Shown here: positions 9,460 through 17,974 of the stretch, in pieces
Numbering within the stretch: the stretch's first letter is position 1
Layout of the letters: each line of letters starts with the position of its first letter
Assembly: GCA_046758705.1 (NCBI GenBank)
Contig: JBHIAT010000055.1
Coordinates: 1 to 20,349 of the forward strand
Direction of reading: 5' to 3'
DNA: 20,349 nucleotides
Source of the DNA: Candidatus Bipolaricaulia bacterium
GTDB lineage: Bacteria > Bipolaricaulota > Bipolaricaulia > JBHIAT01
Notes under the pieces: generated by a model
Told to the model about the DNA's origin: nothing
Database searches by the model: none
What the model saw: the letters and a program-made list of their open reading frames with translations, nothing else
Position numbers and translations under genes: made by a program

Positions 9460-10638
9460 CTAACGAGATTGAATACCTCTTCGCACGACACGATTACCGA
9501 ACTGTTTCTGGAGTTTGTCCAGCAACCGGTCGATCTCAGTCTGCTTTGCACTTTGTTCCTGGAACAGGGGGAGAGGAAGTTGAAGTGGCTGTGATTTCTG
9601 TTGGCTCAGGTTGACAACGCCGACGCCGAGCAGGCGGATGCCGCGGCCATGTCGGCGGGCCATCTTGTTCGCGAACAGGGCGACCACCTCGTCCCGGATG
9701 ACCTCGGTCGCATGGGTGGGCACGTTGAGAGTGGTGCTTCGGGTTATGGTGGTGAAGTCCGGAAACCGCACCTTGATCTGAACCGTGCGCCCGTTGAGCC
9801 TGGATTCCCGGAGCTTCTGGGCCACCGCATCGCTCAACTCGTGAAGGGTTCGGACGATTCTGTCGGGGTTGCGGACGTCCGTCTCAAAGGTGACCTCGCG
9901 TGAGATCGATTTAGGCTCCCGCTCCGGCTCCACCGGGCGGTCATCGATCCCCCGAGCCAGGTGGTACAGCCGAGCTCCATACTTCCCAAACTGCTCCTTG
10001 AGCGTGCGGCGTGGCACGTTACGGAGCGCCCCGATAGTGCGAACGCCTATCGCATGCAGCTTCTTTTCGGTGGCCTCCCCGACGCCCCAGATCTTATTGA
10101 CCGGCAGGGGAGCGAGGCGCGCTTCGATCTGATCCGGACGGATCACAACCAACCCATCGGGTTTTTTCATGTCGGAAGCCAGCTTGGCCAGGAATTTGTT
10201 GGGGGCGACGCCGATGGAGCAGGTGAGATCGGTTTCCTCCCCGATCCGGGCTTTGATCTGTTGTGCCAGCGATGTGACCGGTCCGTGAGGGGAGTGGGTG
10301 ACATCCAGGAACGCTTCATCCAGGGAGATGGGCTCCACCAACGAGGTATAAGCGCGGAAAATGTGGCGAATTTGTTCGGAGATCTCCCGGTAGTAACCTA
10401 TCCTGGCGGCAAGAAAGGTGGCCTGGGGACAGAGCTTTCGCGCCCGGGCCATCGGCATTGCACTGTGAACCCCGAACCGTCTCGCTTCATAGGAGGCGGC
10501 GGCGACGACACCGCGACCTCCCAGGCCGCCGACGATCACCGGGGTGTCCTTCAGTTCGGGCCGGTCCCGCTGCTCAACGGACGCATAAAAAGCGTCCATA
10601 TCGACGTGGATAATCTTCCGAGACGGGAGCGGCGTCAT
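9460..10638 (-). CDS. dinB: DNA polymerase IV (Y family)
   Basis: IHVDMDAFYASVE, ASYEARRFGVHSAM, SLDEAFLD, NKFLAKLASD..KPDG, RLLGV, and a C-terminal clamp-binding-like QLPLPLF. Confidence 0.96.
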   Translation of the reverse strand: MTPLPSRKIIHVDMDAFYASVEQRDRPELKDTPVIVGGLGGRGVVAAASYEARRFGVHSAMPMARARKLCPQATFLAARIGYYREISEQIRHIFRAYTSLVEPISLDEAFLDVTHSPHGPVTSLAQQIKARIGEETDLTCSIGVAPNKFLAKLASDMKKPDGLVVIRPDQIEARLAPLPVNKIWGVGEATEKKLHAIGVRTIGALRNVPRRTLKEQFGKYGARLYHLARGIDDRPVEPEREPKSISREVTFETDVRNPDRIVRTLHELSDAVAQKLRESRLNGRTVQIKVRFPDFTTITRSTTLNVPTHATEVIRDEVVALFANKMARRHGRGIRLLGVGVVNLSQQKSQPLQLPLPLFQEQSAKQTEIDRLLDKLQKQFGNRVVRRGIQSR

Positions 10639-10648
10639 GATCTCAAGT

Positions 10649-10683
10649 ATCTAAGATTATGATAATCGATCCTTAGATGTCAA
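10649..10683 (-). promoter_or_regulatory. dinB promoter overlapped by nested inverted repeats
   Basis: Minus strand TTGACA (10678-10683), 16-bp spacer, CATAAT (10656-10661). Overlapped by ATCTAAG-N16-CTTAGAT (10649-10678) and GATTAT-g-ATAATC (10655-10667). Confidence 0.6.
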
Positions 10684-10746
10684 GCTCCTCCGGATGATTA
10701 TACCACTGAGTCTCAACTGCTGGGCGATCAGAAAAGCAGGGAGGTT

Positions 10747-10791
10747 CATCGGTCAGGTGACCTATAAACTCCATCGGTCAGTTGACCGATG
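10747..10791. promoter_or_regulatory. Two tandem palindromic sites (candidate transcription-factor operators)
   Basis: CATCGGTCAggTGACCtATa (10747-10766) and perfect CATCGGTCAgtTGACCGATG (10772-10791), with a 25-bp period. TATAAT follows at 10812-10817. Confidence 0.6.
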
Positions 10792-10867
10792 TTTTCCGTT
10801 GAAATTTGGTATATAATTATAGAAACAGTATAAATCCCCGATTTTCGTGAAACGATAATCAGGGAAT

Positions 10868-10899
10868 CCCAAAGATACGTCCACGACAAAGGCAAACCC
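10868..10899 (+). repeat. 32-bp leader repeat, copy 1 (inverted relative to 11872-11903)
   Basis: CCCAAAGATACGTCCACGACAAAGGCAAACCC, 30/32 identical to the reverse complement of 11872-11903. Confidence 0.9.
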
Positions 10900-10902
10900 A
10901 CT

Positions 10903-11346
10903 ATGGTGGAGGTCAGAAAGCTCAAGATCCTGCTGATCGAAGACAATCCTGATGATATCGAGATGACTGAGCAGGCGCTGAAGAAGAGCGAGTTCGACAG
11001 CGATCTGTTCGTCGTCCGGGATGGTGAAGAGGCGCTCAACTTCCTGCACAAACAGGGAGAACACCAAGATGCGCCACGGCCCGATTTGATCCTGCTCGAT
11101 CTGAACCTGCCCAAGATAGACGGCCGGGAGGTACTGGTCCGGATCAAGCGGGATGAAAAGCTCCGGCGGATCCCGGTGATCGTGTTGACCATTTCGGAGT
11201 ATGAAAGAGATATAGCGAAAGCTTACAACAGCGGGGCGAGCAGCTACATCACCAAACCAATTGACTTCAGCAAGTTTGTGAAGATCATAAAGACCGTCCG
11301 GGACTATTGGAGGATCGTTCAACTACCCTCCGAGGAGGAAAGGTGA
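10903..11346 (+). CDS. Single-domain response regulator (Rcp1-like receiver), RR1
   Basis: LLIEDNPDD, RDGEEAL, PDLILLDLNLPKIDG, IPVIVLT, YITKP, and the C-terminal YW typical of the Rcp1-like subfamily. Confidence 0.93.
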   Translation: MVEVRKLKILLIEDNPDDIEMTEQALKKSEFDSDLFVVRDGEEALNFLHKQGEHQDAPRPDLILLDLNLPKIDGREVLVRIKRDEKLRRIPVIVLTISEYERDIAKAYNSGASSYITKPIDFSKFVKIIKTVRDYWRIVQLPSEEER

Positions 11347-11383
11347 ATCAGAAGCAGGATACAGAACGGACAGACCGTCTTCC

Positions 11384-11848
11384 TCACGTCAGTGGTGGAG
11401 GGGTGTTCAACTTCAACCAGAAACTATTGACACCCTGGATCAGCTCCTCAAGATCCTTGTACTTCATCGGTTTCATCAGATACCCATTCGCTCCGCTATC
11501 GTAGCATCTCACCAGATCCTGCCTCGTGATAGAAGAGGTCAGGATCACCACCGGGATACGCCTCAGCACCGGGGTACTCTTGATGTGCTCAAGCACCTCA
11601 AACCCATCCACTTTGGGTAAGTTGAGGTCGAGCAGAATGAGTCTCGGTAGCGGATACCGCTTGCGATCCGTAAACGGTCCGCGGCCGAACAGGTAATCCA
11701 AAGCCTCTTGTCCATCCCGGACAACATGCACCTGGCTCGCGATCGCTTGCTTCCTGCAAGCTCGCAGGATCATGATGATGTCGTTTTCATCGTCCTCAAC
11801 GAGCAGAACCTGGATATCAGTCGCCGTCACGTTCATGTTCGTGTTCAT
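11384..11848 (-). CDS. Single-domain response regulator (Rcp1-like receiver), RR2
   Basis: LLVEDDEND, RDGQEALDYL, LILLDLNLPKVDG, VILTSS, YLMKP, FW. Confidence 0.93.
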   Translation of the reverse strand: MNTNMNVTATDIQVLLVEDDENDIIMILRACRKQAIASQVHVVRDGQEALDYLFGRGPFTDRKRYPLPRLILLDLNLPKVDGFEVLEHIKSTPVLRRIPVVILTSSITRQDLVRCYDSGANGYLMKPMKYKDLEELIQGVNSFWLKLNTPPPLT

Positions 11849-11871
11849 GTTACTGGCTTAGCTCCATCGTC

Positions 11872-11903
11872 GGGGTTGCCCTTGTCGTGGACGTATCTTT
11901 GGG
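11872..11903 (-). repeat. 32-bp leader repeat, copy 2
   Basis: Minus strand reads CCCAAAGATACGTCCACGACAAGGGCAACCCC, upstream of RR2. Confidence 0.9.
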
Positions 11904-12038
11904 TTTCACTTTATATTATGCGTCAAAAACCGAAGTGTCAGACGCGAGTGATGGACAGACATAGGTTATGGATATTTGAGCCACTCGTCCCGTCCGGCGA
12001 CGACGCGTCGGGGAGGGGATGCGCCGACTGCGGATGCG

Positions 12039-12096
12039 CTCTGTCGCCATCATCGGCAACGGTATAGATGAGCGTAATCGCATAGTTCCCTTCTCT
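12039..12096 (-). pseudogene. 3'-end remnant of a paralog of the pilin-like gene at 19259-19843
   Basis: Minus-strand translation REGNYAITLIYTV matches RDGDYAITLVYTV. The downstream DNA also aligns (ctctgtcgccatcatcgg vs ctctgttgccgtcatcgg at 19241-19258). No start codon. Confidence 0.85.
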
Positions 12097-12180
12097 CGGT
12101 CACGAAGTGGTTGTTGTGGGTTAACGCATGTCCTTCATCCAGAGAGGGATAGAGACTAAACTGTTTGAGGAGAGGAGATG
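12084..12180 (+). repeat. Leader shared by the pilB-like gene and pilT, copy A
   Basis: Colinear with 20126-20219. Shared blocks GTCACGAAGTGG, GGTTAACGC, CCTTCA, GGAT.GAG.CTAAA, ending in GAGATG. Confidence 0.85.
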
Positions 12181-12255
12181 GGAAACCCTGCAATGGGTGG
12201 TTATGCTCCCCTCCCCTCTTTTTACTGTCCCATAATGCACAGCGAGGTGAAGTGA
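12178..12255 (+). CDS. Possible 25-aa leader ORF before the pilB-like gene
   Basis: MGNPAMGGYAPLPSFYCPIMHSEVK with a GAGGAG SD. Its ATG corresponds to the pilT start in copy B, and its stop ends 1 nt before the ATG at 12257. Confidence 0.3.
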   Translation: MGNPAMGGYAPLPSFYCPIMHSEVK

Positions 12256-12256
12256 G

Positions 12257-13405
12257 ATGCCGAGATTCGGTGATCGCCTGGGGGAGATCCTGATCGACAT
12301 GGGAAAGCTCTCCGAGATCGAACTACAGAAGGCACTGGCAATCCAGAAGACCGACGGGAACGGAAGACGGCTTGGTGAGATCCTGATCGAGCAAGGTTTC
12401 ATCACCGAGGAGGAGCTCGGCCAGGCGCTCTACCTCCAGACGGGTTATGAATATATCCAGCTGGCCAACCAAGAGATCGATCGCGAAGCGCTGGCGTTGG
12501 TCGATAAGGATTTTGCCCGCCGCAAGATCGTGATGCCGGTCCAGAAGATCGATCATCAGTTGGTGGTGGCGATCGGTGACCCCAATGACGTCACGATCAT
12601 CGATGATCTGCGGTCTCAGACGGGTATGAAGATCAAGCCACGTGTCTCCACCCCCTCCGAGATCAAGCGGAAGATCGAGACCGCTTACAGCCAAATGCGG
12701 CTCAGGGACCCCGGGGTGAAAGAGGAGAGGATCCCCCCGCTCACCCAGGTGACCGACGATATGCCGGTCAGCCAACTCATCGAGGTGATCATTAACGAAG
12801 CGCTGCGACGAGAGGCCAGCGACATCCACATCGAACCGCTCGCCGATCAGCTTCAGGTACGTTATCGCATCGACGGGGTCCTGCAAGGAGTGACGCGATT
12901 CTCCATGGACATCCACGCACTCACCGGCCACCTCGTCTTCTCGACGCTCCACACCAATTCAGCCGTCGACGCTGTGCCGCGACTGCTCAACATGGGTGTG
13001 GAGCCCTACCTGCTGGTTGCTGCGTTGAGAGGGGTCGTCTCCCAGCGGCTCGTCCGCAAGCTCTGTAGCAATTGCAAACAGCCGGTTCAACCGGAGAAAT
13101 GGGAGCAGAAGATCTTCGCAGACCACCTTCACGGAACGGTCGAACCGGTGGAGACGATCTATCGTCCGGTCGGCTGTCCCCGGTGCAGCAACCGGGGATA
13201 TCGGGGAAGGATCGGCATCTTCGAGCTGTTTGTCATTGACGAATGGACCCGGGAGATGATCGTAGACGGGGCTTCTGATGAGGAGATCACCCGAGAAGCG
13301 ATCAAAGGTGGGATGACCACCCTCATCGAGGATGGTTTGTGTAAGGTCATCAGCGGCATCACCTCGCTGGAAGAGGTGCTGTGGCACAAAGGATCGAGCA
13401 TCTGA
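12257..13405 (+). pseudogene. PilB/GspE-family protein with N-terminal MshEN domain and deleted ATPase core
   Basis: Tandem MshEN motifs RLGEILIDMGKLSEIELQKALAIQ and RLGEILIEQGFITEEELGQALYLQ; ASDIHIEP; RYRIDGVL. The sequence then jumps at about 12917 to ALTGHLVFSTLHTN, SQRLVRKLC, CxxC..CxxC and GYRGR. No Walker A, Asp box or Walker B. Confidence 0.85.
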
Positions 13406-13427
13406 ATGTGACTGCCCGAGGGGATAA

Positions 13428-14069
13428 ATGATGGAACAGGTCAACCAGAAGGATTCCTGGAAGCGCTCCTGGATCTTCTCCGACCTCGATCAGGAGGCCT
13501 TGGCAGAGCTCGACTCCATGGTTCGGCTCATCGATTACGAGAAGGGTGAGGTGATCTTCCACGAGGGGGAATTGTCGTTCGGTATCTACTTCATCTGCCA
13601 TGGCAAGGTGAAGCTGGCCAAGCGTTCAGTTCGCGGCAAACGCCAGGTGCTGAAGCTGCTCGGTGCTGGCGAACTGCTCGGCGAGAAAACGCTCTTCGAC
13701 CGGGAAACCTACACCGCCTATGCCAAGACGTTGGAGCCGTCGAAGTTGGCATTCATCGAACGCAGAGAGTTTCTCGCGTTCCTCAATCGGCACCCCGAGG
13801 TGCTGTTGAAGGTCATCGAAAAACTCTTCATCAGCAAGACGTACGGGGTCGAGGAGGAGAACGGCCTGTACATCGGGGTTGAGCTCTCCCGGGCGGAGCT
13901 GGCCGAGATGGCCGGCCTGTCGACCGAGACAGCTATCCGCACGTTAGGCAAGCTGAAGAATCGGAGCTTCGTCGAGCTTGACGGTCACAAGATCTACATC
14001 ATCGACAAATCCGGGTTGGGAAAACTCGCTGAGCCGTTCCTGGTCACGTTGAAGGAAAATCTGTTGTAA
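13428..14069 (+). CDS. Crp/Fnr-family transcription regulator, probably with an internal in-frame deletion
   Basis: cNMP-binding fold (KGEVIFHEGE, GKVKL, GELLGE) and HTH (LSRAELAEMAGLSTETAIRTL). VIEKL is joined directly to FISKTYG at about 13826, without the usual rest of the C-helix and the 'RLA..LL' segment. Confidence 0.85.
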   Translation: MMEQVNQKDSWKRSWIFSDLDQEALAELDSMVRLIDYEKGEVIFHEGELSFGIYFICHGKVKLAKRSVRGKRQVLKLLGAGELLGEKTLFDRETYTAYAKTLEPSKLAFIERREFLAFLNRHPEVLLKVIEKLFISKTYGVEEENGLYIGVELSRAELAEMAGLSTETAIRTLGKLKNRSFVELDGHKIYIIDKSGLGKLAEPFLVTLKENLL

Positions 14070-14155
14070 GTGTAAGTTGTAGCAAGCGCCCGATGTCGAT
14101 GGGCTCGGCAGCGTCTACCTGGTGGCACCCAAAAGGTTCGCTACCGTTATAGCGT

Positions 14156-17100
14156 TCATGGACTCGTTGATAGCCCGGTATCTGCGCGTAGATCCTGAAT
14201 GACCGTCTCGAAGTTCTGCTGCTCGAGTTTTAACTCCTCTACCTTGACCTTTCCTTTGCCTTCGACGTATTCCACGATCTTTCGCATCGCCGCCTCCCGG
14301 CAGATGTAGGCGATGTCGGCACCGTTCATTCCCTCCGTCTGCAGGGCAAGCGGTTCAAGATTGATACGCTTTGAGAGCGGCATCCCGCGGGTATGAACCT
14401 TGAAGATCTCGACCCGCTCAGCCAAGTCGGGTTCATAGGTCTTCAGCTTCAGCTCAAGCCTTCCCGGTCTCAGCAAGGCTTCGTCCATCATGTCTATCCG
14501 ATTGGTCGCCCCGATGACGATCACCTGTTTCAGCGACTCGATCCCGTCGAGTTCGGTGAGCAACTGGCTGGTCACCCGTTCCGGGACGTTCGATCCCACC
14601 TCTCTACCCCTTAGGGAAGCTAACGCATCGATCTCATCCAAGAAGATGATACAGGGCGCTGCCTGTCGGGCTTTCTTAAAGATCTCCCGCACCTTCCTCT
14701 CGGATTCCCCCACGTACATGCTGAGCAGCTGCGGTCCTTTGACCGGGATGAAGTTCACCTCGGTCTCGTGGGCGATCGCCTTCACTAGCAGCGTCTTGCC
14801 GGTGCCAGGGGGGCCGTAGAGGAGGATCCCGCTCGCCGGCTCCACGTTGAGCCGAGAGAAGGCCTCCCTGTACTTCAACGGCCATTCGATCACCTGCTGC
14901 AACGTGGCCTTGATCTCCTCTAATCCACCGATATCGTCCCAGGTGACGTCCGGGGTCTCGATGAACACCTCCCGGATGGCTGAGGGCTCGATCTCTTTGA
15001 GGGCGTCTTCGAAGTCGCTTCGCATCACCCTCAGATTGAAAAGAACCTCGTAGGGTATCGCACCGGATTCGAGATCCAGATCGGGCAGGATCTGTCTCAA
15101 GGCACGCATCGCCGCCTCCCGACACAGGGCCTCGAGATCGGCGCCGACGAAACCGTGGGTGATGTCAGCGAGCCTGTTGAGATCCACATCATCGGCCAGG
15201 GGCATCCCTCGGGTGTGAATCCTGAGAATCTCCAGTCGACCTTCGACATTGGGGATCGGGACGGTGATCTCCCGGTCGAAGCGGCCCGGCCGCCTGAGTG
15301 CAGGATCGAGGGCATCCGGGATGTTCGTCGCACCAATAACCACGAGTTGGCCCCGTTGCTCCAGCCCGTCCATCAGCGCCAAAAGCTGAGAGACGACCCT
15401 TCGTTCCACCTGTTTCTCGCTGCTCATCTCCCCCCGCTTGGGGGCGATCGCATCGATCTCGTCGATGAAGATGATGCTAGGGGCGTTCCGTTGTCCCGCT
15501 TCAAAGACCTGCCGCAACCGAGCCTCGCTGTTGTGGGCAAAGATGCCCCCCCAACCGGCCACGAAGTTCTCACCTGGTTCGACAGCGATGTCATAAACAA
15601 ACTCCGGATGATCAGGCAGTTCCTCAACCGCTACCACCTTGTCCCAGAACAGATCACCTTCCAATGCGGGCTTCAAAGGAGCAGGTAGCAACGCAAGTCT
15701 CTTTTTTACAGCGTTAATGCCGATGCTGGTCAGTCCTTCCCAGGAATGAACTCTATAACCGAGCAGATCCTGCACGGCCGCTAATGGTATGCGGTCACGT
15801 CGGGATGCTGCTGCTACGTCGAGATATTCTTTGATGACTGAGATTCTATCCGAATCCAAGAAGCCTATCTTCAGGAAACGTTCCAGATTCTCAACGTCTG
15901 CGAAGCAAATCCGCTTATGTGATTGAGCAACACGGTCGTATATTTTAGCTACAATGCCGAAGTACAATAGCAGGTGGCAAATATCATCGGCTAGGGCTGT
16001 ACTGGCAGTGCTGATCTCTATTTGTGGAGCTGGTGTGGTGCGATTGATCGAACCATCGCCGGAGATATAGCCTCGTAGAAAAGCGGCCAGATTTGGTCTG
16101 GACAGATTGTAGACAAACGCCGGTACGCGCTTTCGGCGCGCACCACCCACGAAGCCTAACGCCTGCATCGCTTTAACCAGCGGAAGTGAAGAGACTAAGA
16201 TATCCACGGCTTTCTTGCCTGCACGACGATAAATAGTTACGTGGCCAAAGAGACGGGTGCAAAGAGCAATAACGACATCTGCCTCGTCAGCATGAACACT
16301 GACACGTACACTCCCTTTTAAAAATGAACCTTCAGCCAGCCATAGCCCGAAGAAGGTGCATAGGTCTTCGCTTAGTGTCATGATCGCTGGTATGTCCTTG
16401 TATCGCTTGATCGTCGCAAGCGTCAATCTTTTTGGATCCACGGAAAGGTTGGCAGCTTCAGCCAGATGCAAAAACCTGGGCAGCCGAATCCCAACGTGCT
16501 TAGACGAAAGGTCATATGTGTATTTCACGCTCACTCCGAGGAGTACTGCACACTGGTTGCGACCGAGAGCAGTGATGGCCTGACGGATGAGCTGTTCGAC
16601 ATAGGGTCCCCTGACCACGATGCTATCATCGTCTCTTAGTAAAGCTAGCAAATTAAGTTTGCCAAGTGGCTCGGCTACGAACGGCAGACACTTAGGTACG
16701 GCGACAAACGACTGACCGACCACTAGCTCAGAAGTCTTGATGCTTTTGACGCCATCGGCATCGAGAGTAAAGAGGGAATGATCATCAGTGACCCGAATCG
16801 AGCGACCGCTAGCCGTACGTACACGAAGCAGCCTGCCGTTGAACGGATGTTTGTAAAAGCCAGCAACCTGACCGAACCGTATCTTGCCGTCTGGACCAAA
16901 GCACGGTACTCGAAGCGCAGTATCCTCCTGGGCAACGATATCAGCGATAGGCCTGCGTTCAAGAAATCCATCCTTGAGGACAAGGACTAATTCATCCCCT
17001 GGTAACGACTCCCCATAGTACTTTCCGATGACCTCAGGCCCCCCGATGTGAAAGAAGCTGGCATCGGTCTCGTTCGCCAGTGCCCGGGCGATGAGGGTCT

Positions 17101-17797
17101 TCCCCGTCCCCGGAGCGCCGTGTAACAGAACGCCCTTCGGCGGGTCGATTCCCAGTTGGTCGAACAACCGTGGATACTTCAACGGGAGTTCGATCATCTC
17201 CCGGATCCGATCGACCTGGCCTCCCAGCCCGCCGATGTCCTCATAGGAGACGCCTCGCTTTTCCGTTCCCCGCTCCCGTTCTTTCTCTTTGGCCGCCTGC
17301 TCCGCGATAACTACGCGGGTATCCGGGGTGATGATGACGATCCCCGATGGCTCAACCTTTAAGACCTTGAAGTTCTGGAACCCGGAACCCAGTAAGTTTG
17401 CCCGAACCTGATCCCCATTCTTCATCGGGATGTTCAGGAGGAGTTTCTTGATATAAGCCCGATCCTCAGCCTGAGGCGAAGCGCTTAACGTCAACGGAAG
17501 GAGCCGGACAACCCGCGCCGGTCGATAGTCGGCCTTCATCACCTGCACCTGACCGTCCACCCTGGCACCGGTGTTCCCCCGCAGGATGCCGTCCATGCGG
17601 ATGATCCCTTTCCCCCGGTCCTCAGGATAGGTGGGCATCACCTTGGCGACCGCCGACCCCTCGGCCTTGATCTCCACTACATCTCCGACCTCAACGTTCA
17701 GCTCCCCCATATGTTCGGGATCGATGCGCACGATCCCGCGCCCGACGTCCTCAGAGGAAGCCTCAGAAACTCTTAATTTAATTTTCTCGTTTTTCAT
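14156..17797 (-). CDS. CDC48/p97/VAT-family AAA+ ATPase, intein-containing (about 720 aa after splicing)
   Basis: N-domain [18 protein letters not shown]1 GAPGTGKT / IFIDEID / [13 protein letters not shown]2 GPPGTGKT / IFLDEID / ALLRPGR. Start taken at ATG 17797 ([10 protein letters not shown]). Confidence 0.93.
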   Translation of the reverse strand: MKNEKIKLRVSEASSEDVGRGIVRIDPEHMGELNVEVGDVVEIKAEGSAVAKVMPTYPEDRGKGIIRMDGILRGNTGARVDGQVQVMKADYRPARVVRLLPLTLSASPQAEDRAYIKKLLLNIPMKNGDQVRANLLGSGFQNFKVLKVEPSGIVIITPDTRVVIAEQAAKEKERERGTEKRGVSYEDIGGLGGQVDRIREMIELPLKYPRLFDQLGIDPPKGVLLHGAPGTGKTLIARALANETDASFFHIGGPEVIGKYYGESLPGDELVLVLKDGFLERRPIADIVAQEDTALRVPCFGPDGKIRFGQVAGFYKHPFNGRLLRVRTASGRSIRVTDDHSLFTLDADGVKSIKTSELVVGQSFVAVPKCLPFVAEPLGKLNLLALLRDDDSIVVRGPYVEQLIRQAITALGRNQCAVLLGVSVKYTYDLSSKHVGIRLPRFLHLAEAANLSVDPKRLTLATIKRYKDIPAIMTLSEDLCTFFGLWLAEGSFLKGSVRVSVHADEADVVIALCTRLFGHVTIYRRAGKKAVDILVSSLPLVKAMQALGFVGGARRKRVPAFVYNLSRPNLAAFLRGYISGDGSINRTTPAPQIEISTASTALADDICHLLLYFGIVAKIYDRVAQSHKRICFADVENLERFLKIGFLDSDRISVIKEYLDVAAASRRDRIPLAAVQDLLGYRVHSWEGLTSIGINAVKKRLALLPAPLKPALEGDLFWDKVVAVEELPDHPEFVYDIAVEPGENFVAGWGGIFAHNSEARLRQVFEAGQRNAPSIIFIDEIDAIAPKRGEMSSEKQVERRVVSQLLALMDGLEQRGQLVVIGATNIPDALDPALRRPGRFDREITVPIPNVEGRLEILRIHTRGMPLADDVDLNRLADITHGFVGADLEALCREAAMRALRQILPDLDLESGAIPYEVLFNLRVMRSDFEDALKEIEPSAIREVFIETPDVTWDDIGGLEEIKATLQQVIEWPLKYREAFSRLNVEPASGILLYGPPGTGKTLLVKAIAHETEVNFIPVKGPQLLSMYVGESERKVREIFKKARQAAPCIIFLDEIDALASLRGREVGSNVPERVTSQLLTELDGIESLKQVIVIGATNRIDMMDEALLRPGRLELKLKTYEPDLAERVEIFKVHTRGMPLSKRINLEPLALQTEGMNGADIAYICREAAMRKIVEYVEGKGKVKVEELKLEQQNFETVIQDLRADTGLSTSP
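15530..17008 (-). mobile_element. Intein with LAGLIDADG homing endonuclease (493 aa)
   Basis: Interrupts GKYYGE|SEARLR. Block A SLPGDELV, block [14 protein letters not shown], endonuclease motifs [10 protein letters not shown] and [11 protein letters not shown], block [15 protein letters not shown], block G IFAHN followed by +1 Ser. Visibly more AT-rich than the host gene. Confidence 0.95.
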
Positions 17798-17974
17798 CTT
17801 TAATTTAGGATAACCACCGATCCGGTAAACTGCTAAGACAACAGGGACGCTTCGATGGGCCATCGATCACCCGATTTCGGGACAAAGTCCACCTCGCTAT
17901 CAAACTCAAGTCCTGCCATCTCAAGGTGGGGGGGTTTATAGTGAGTGGAGAATGCGCTGAGGAGGTGAGAGGGG

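Noticed and set aside
9601-10662. Long antisense ORFs opposite dinB (and similar shadows opposite pilB, cdc48, rbsB/C and the RRs)
   Set aside because: Expected shadow ORFs of GC-rich coding sequence, without motifs or SD.
10884-10925. GGCAAACC...GAAAGC resembling a third c-di-GMP-I riboswitch
   Set aside because: There is no GNRA-capped P2, no GACGCAAAGCC core and no P3 or 3' GCCGA, and it runs into the RR1 coding region. Treated only as part of the 32-bp repeat.
17852-17866. Palindrome TCGATGG-g-CCATCGA between divergent cdc48 and SLT
   Set aside because: A single short occurrence that does not match CIRCE or other motifs in the window. Insufficient support.
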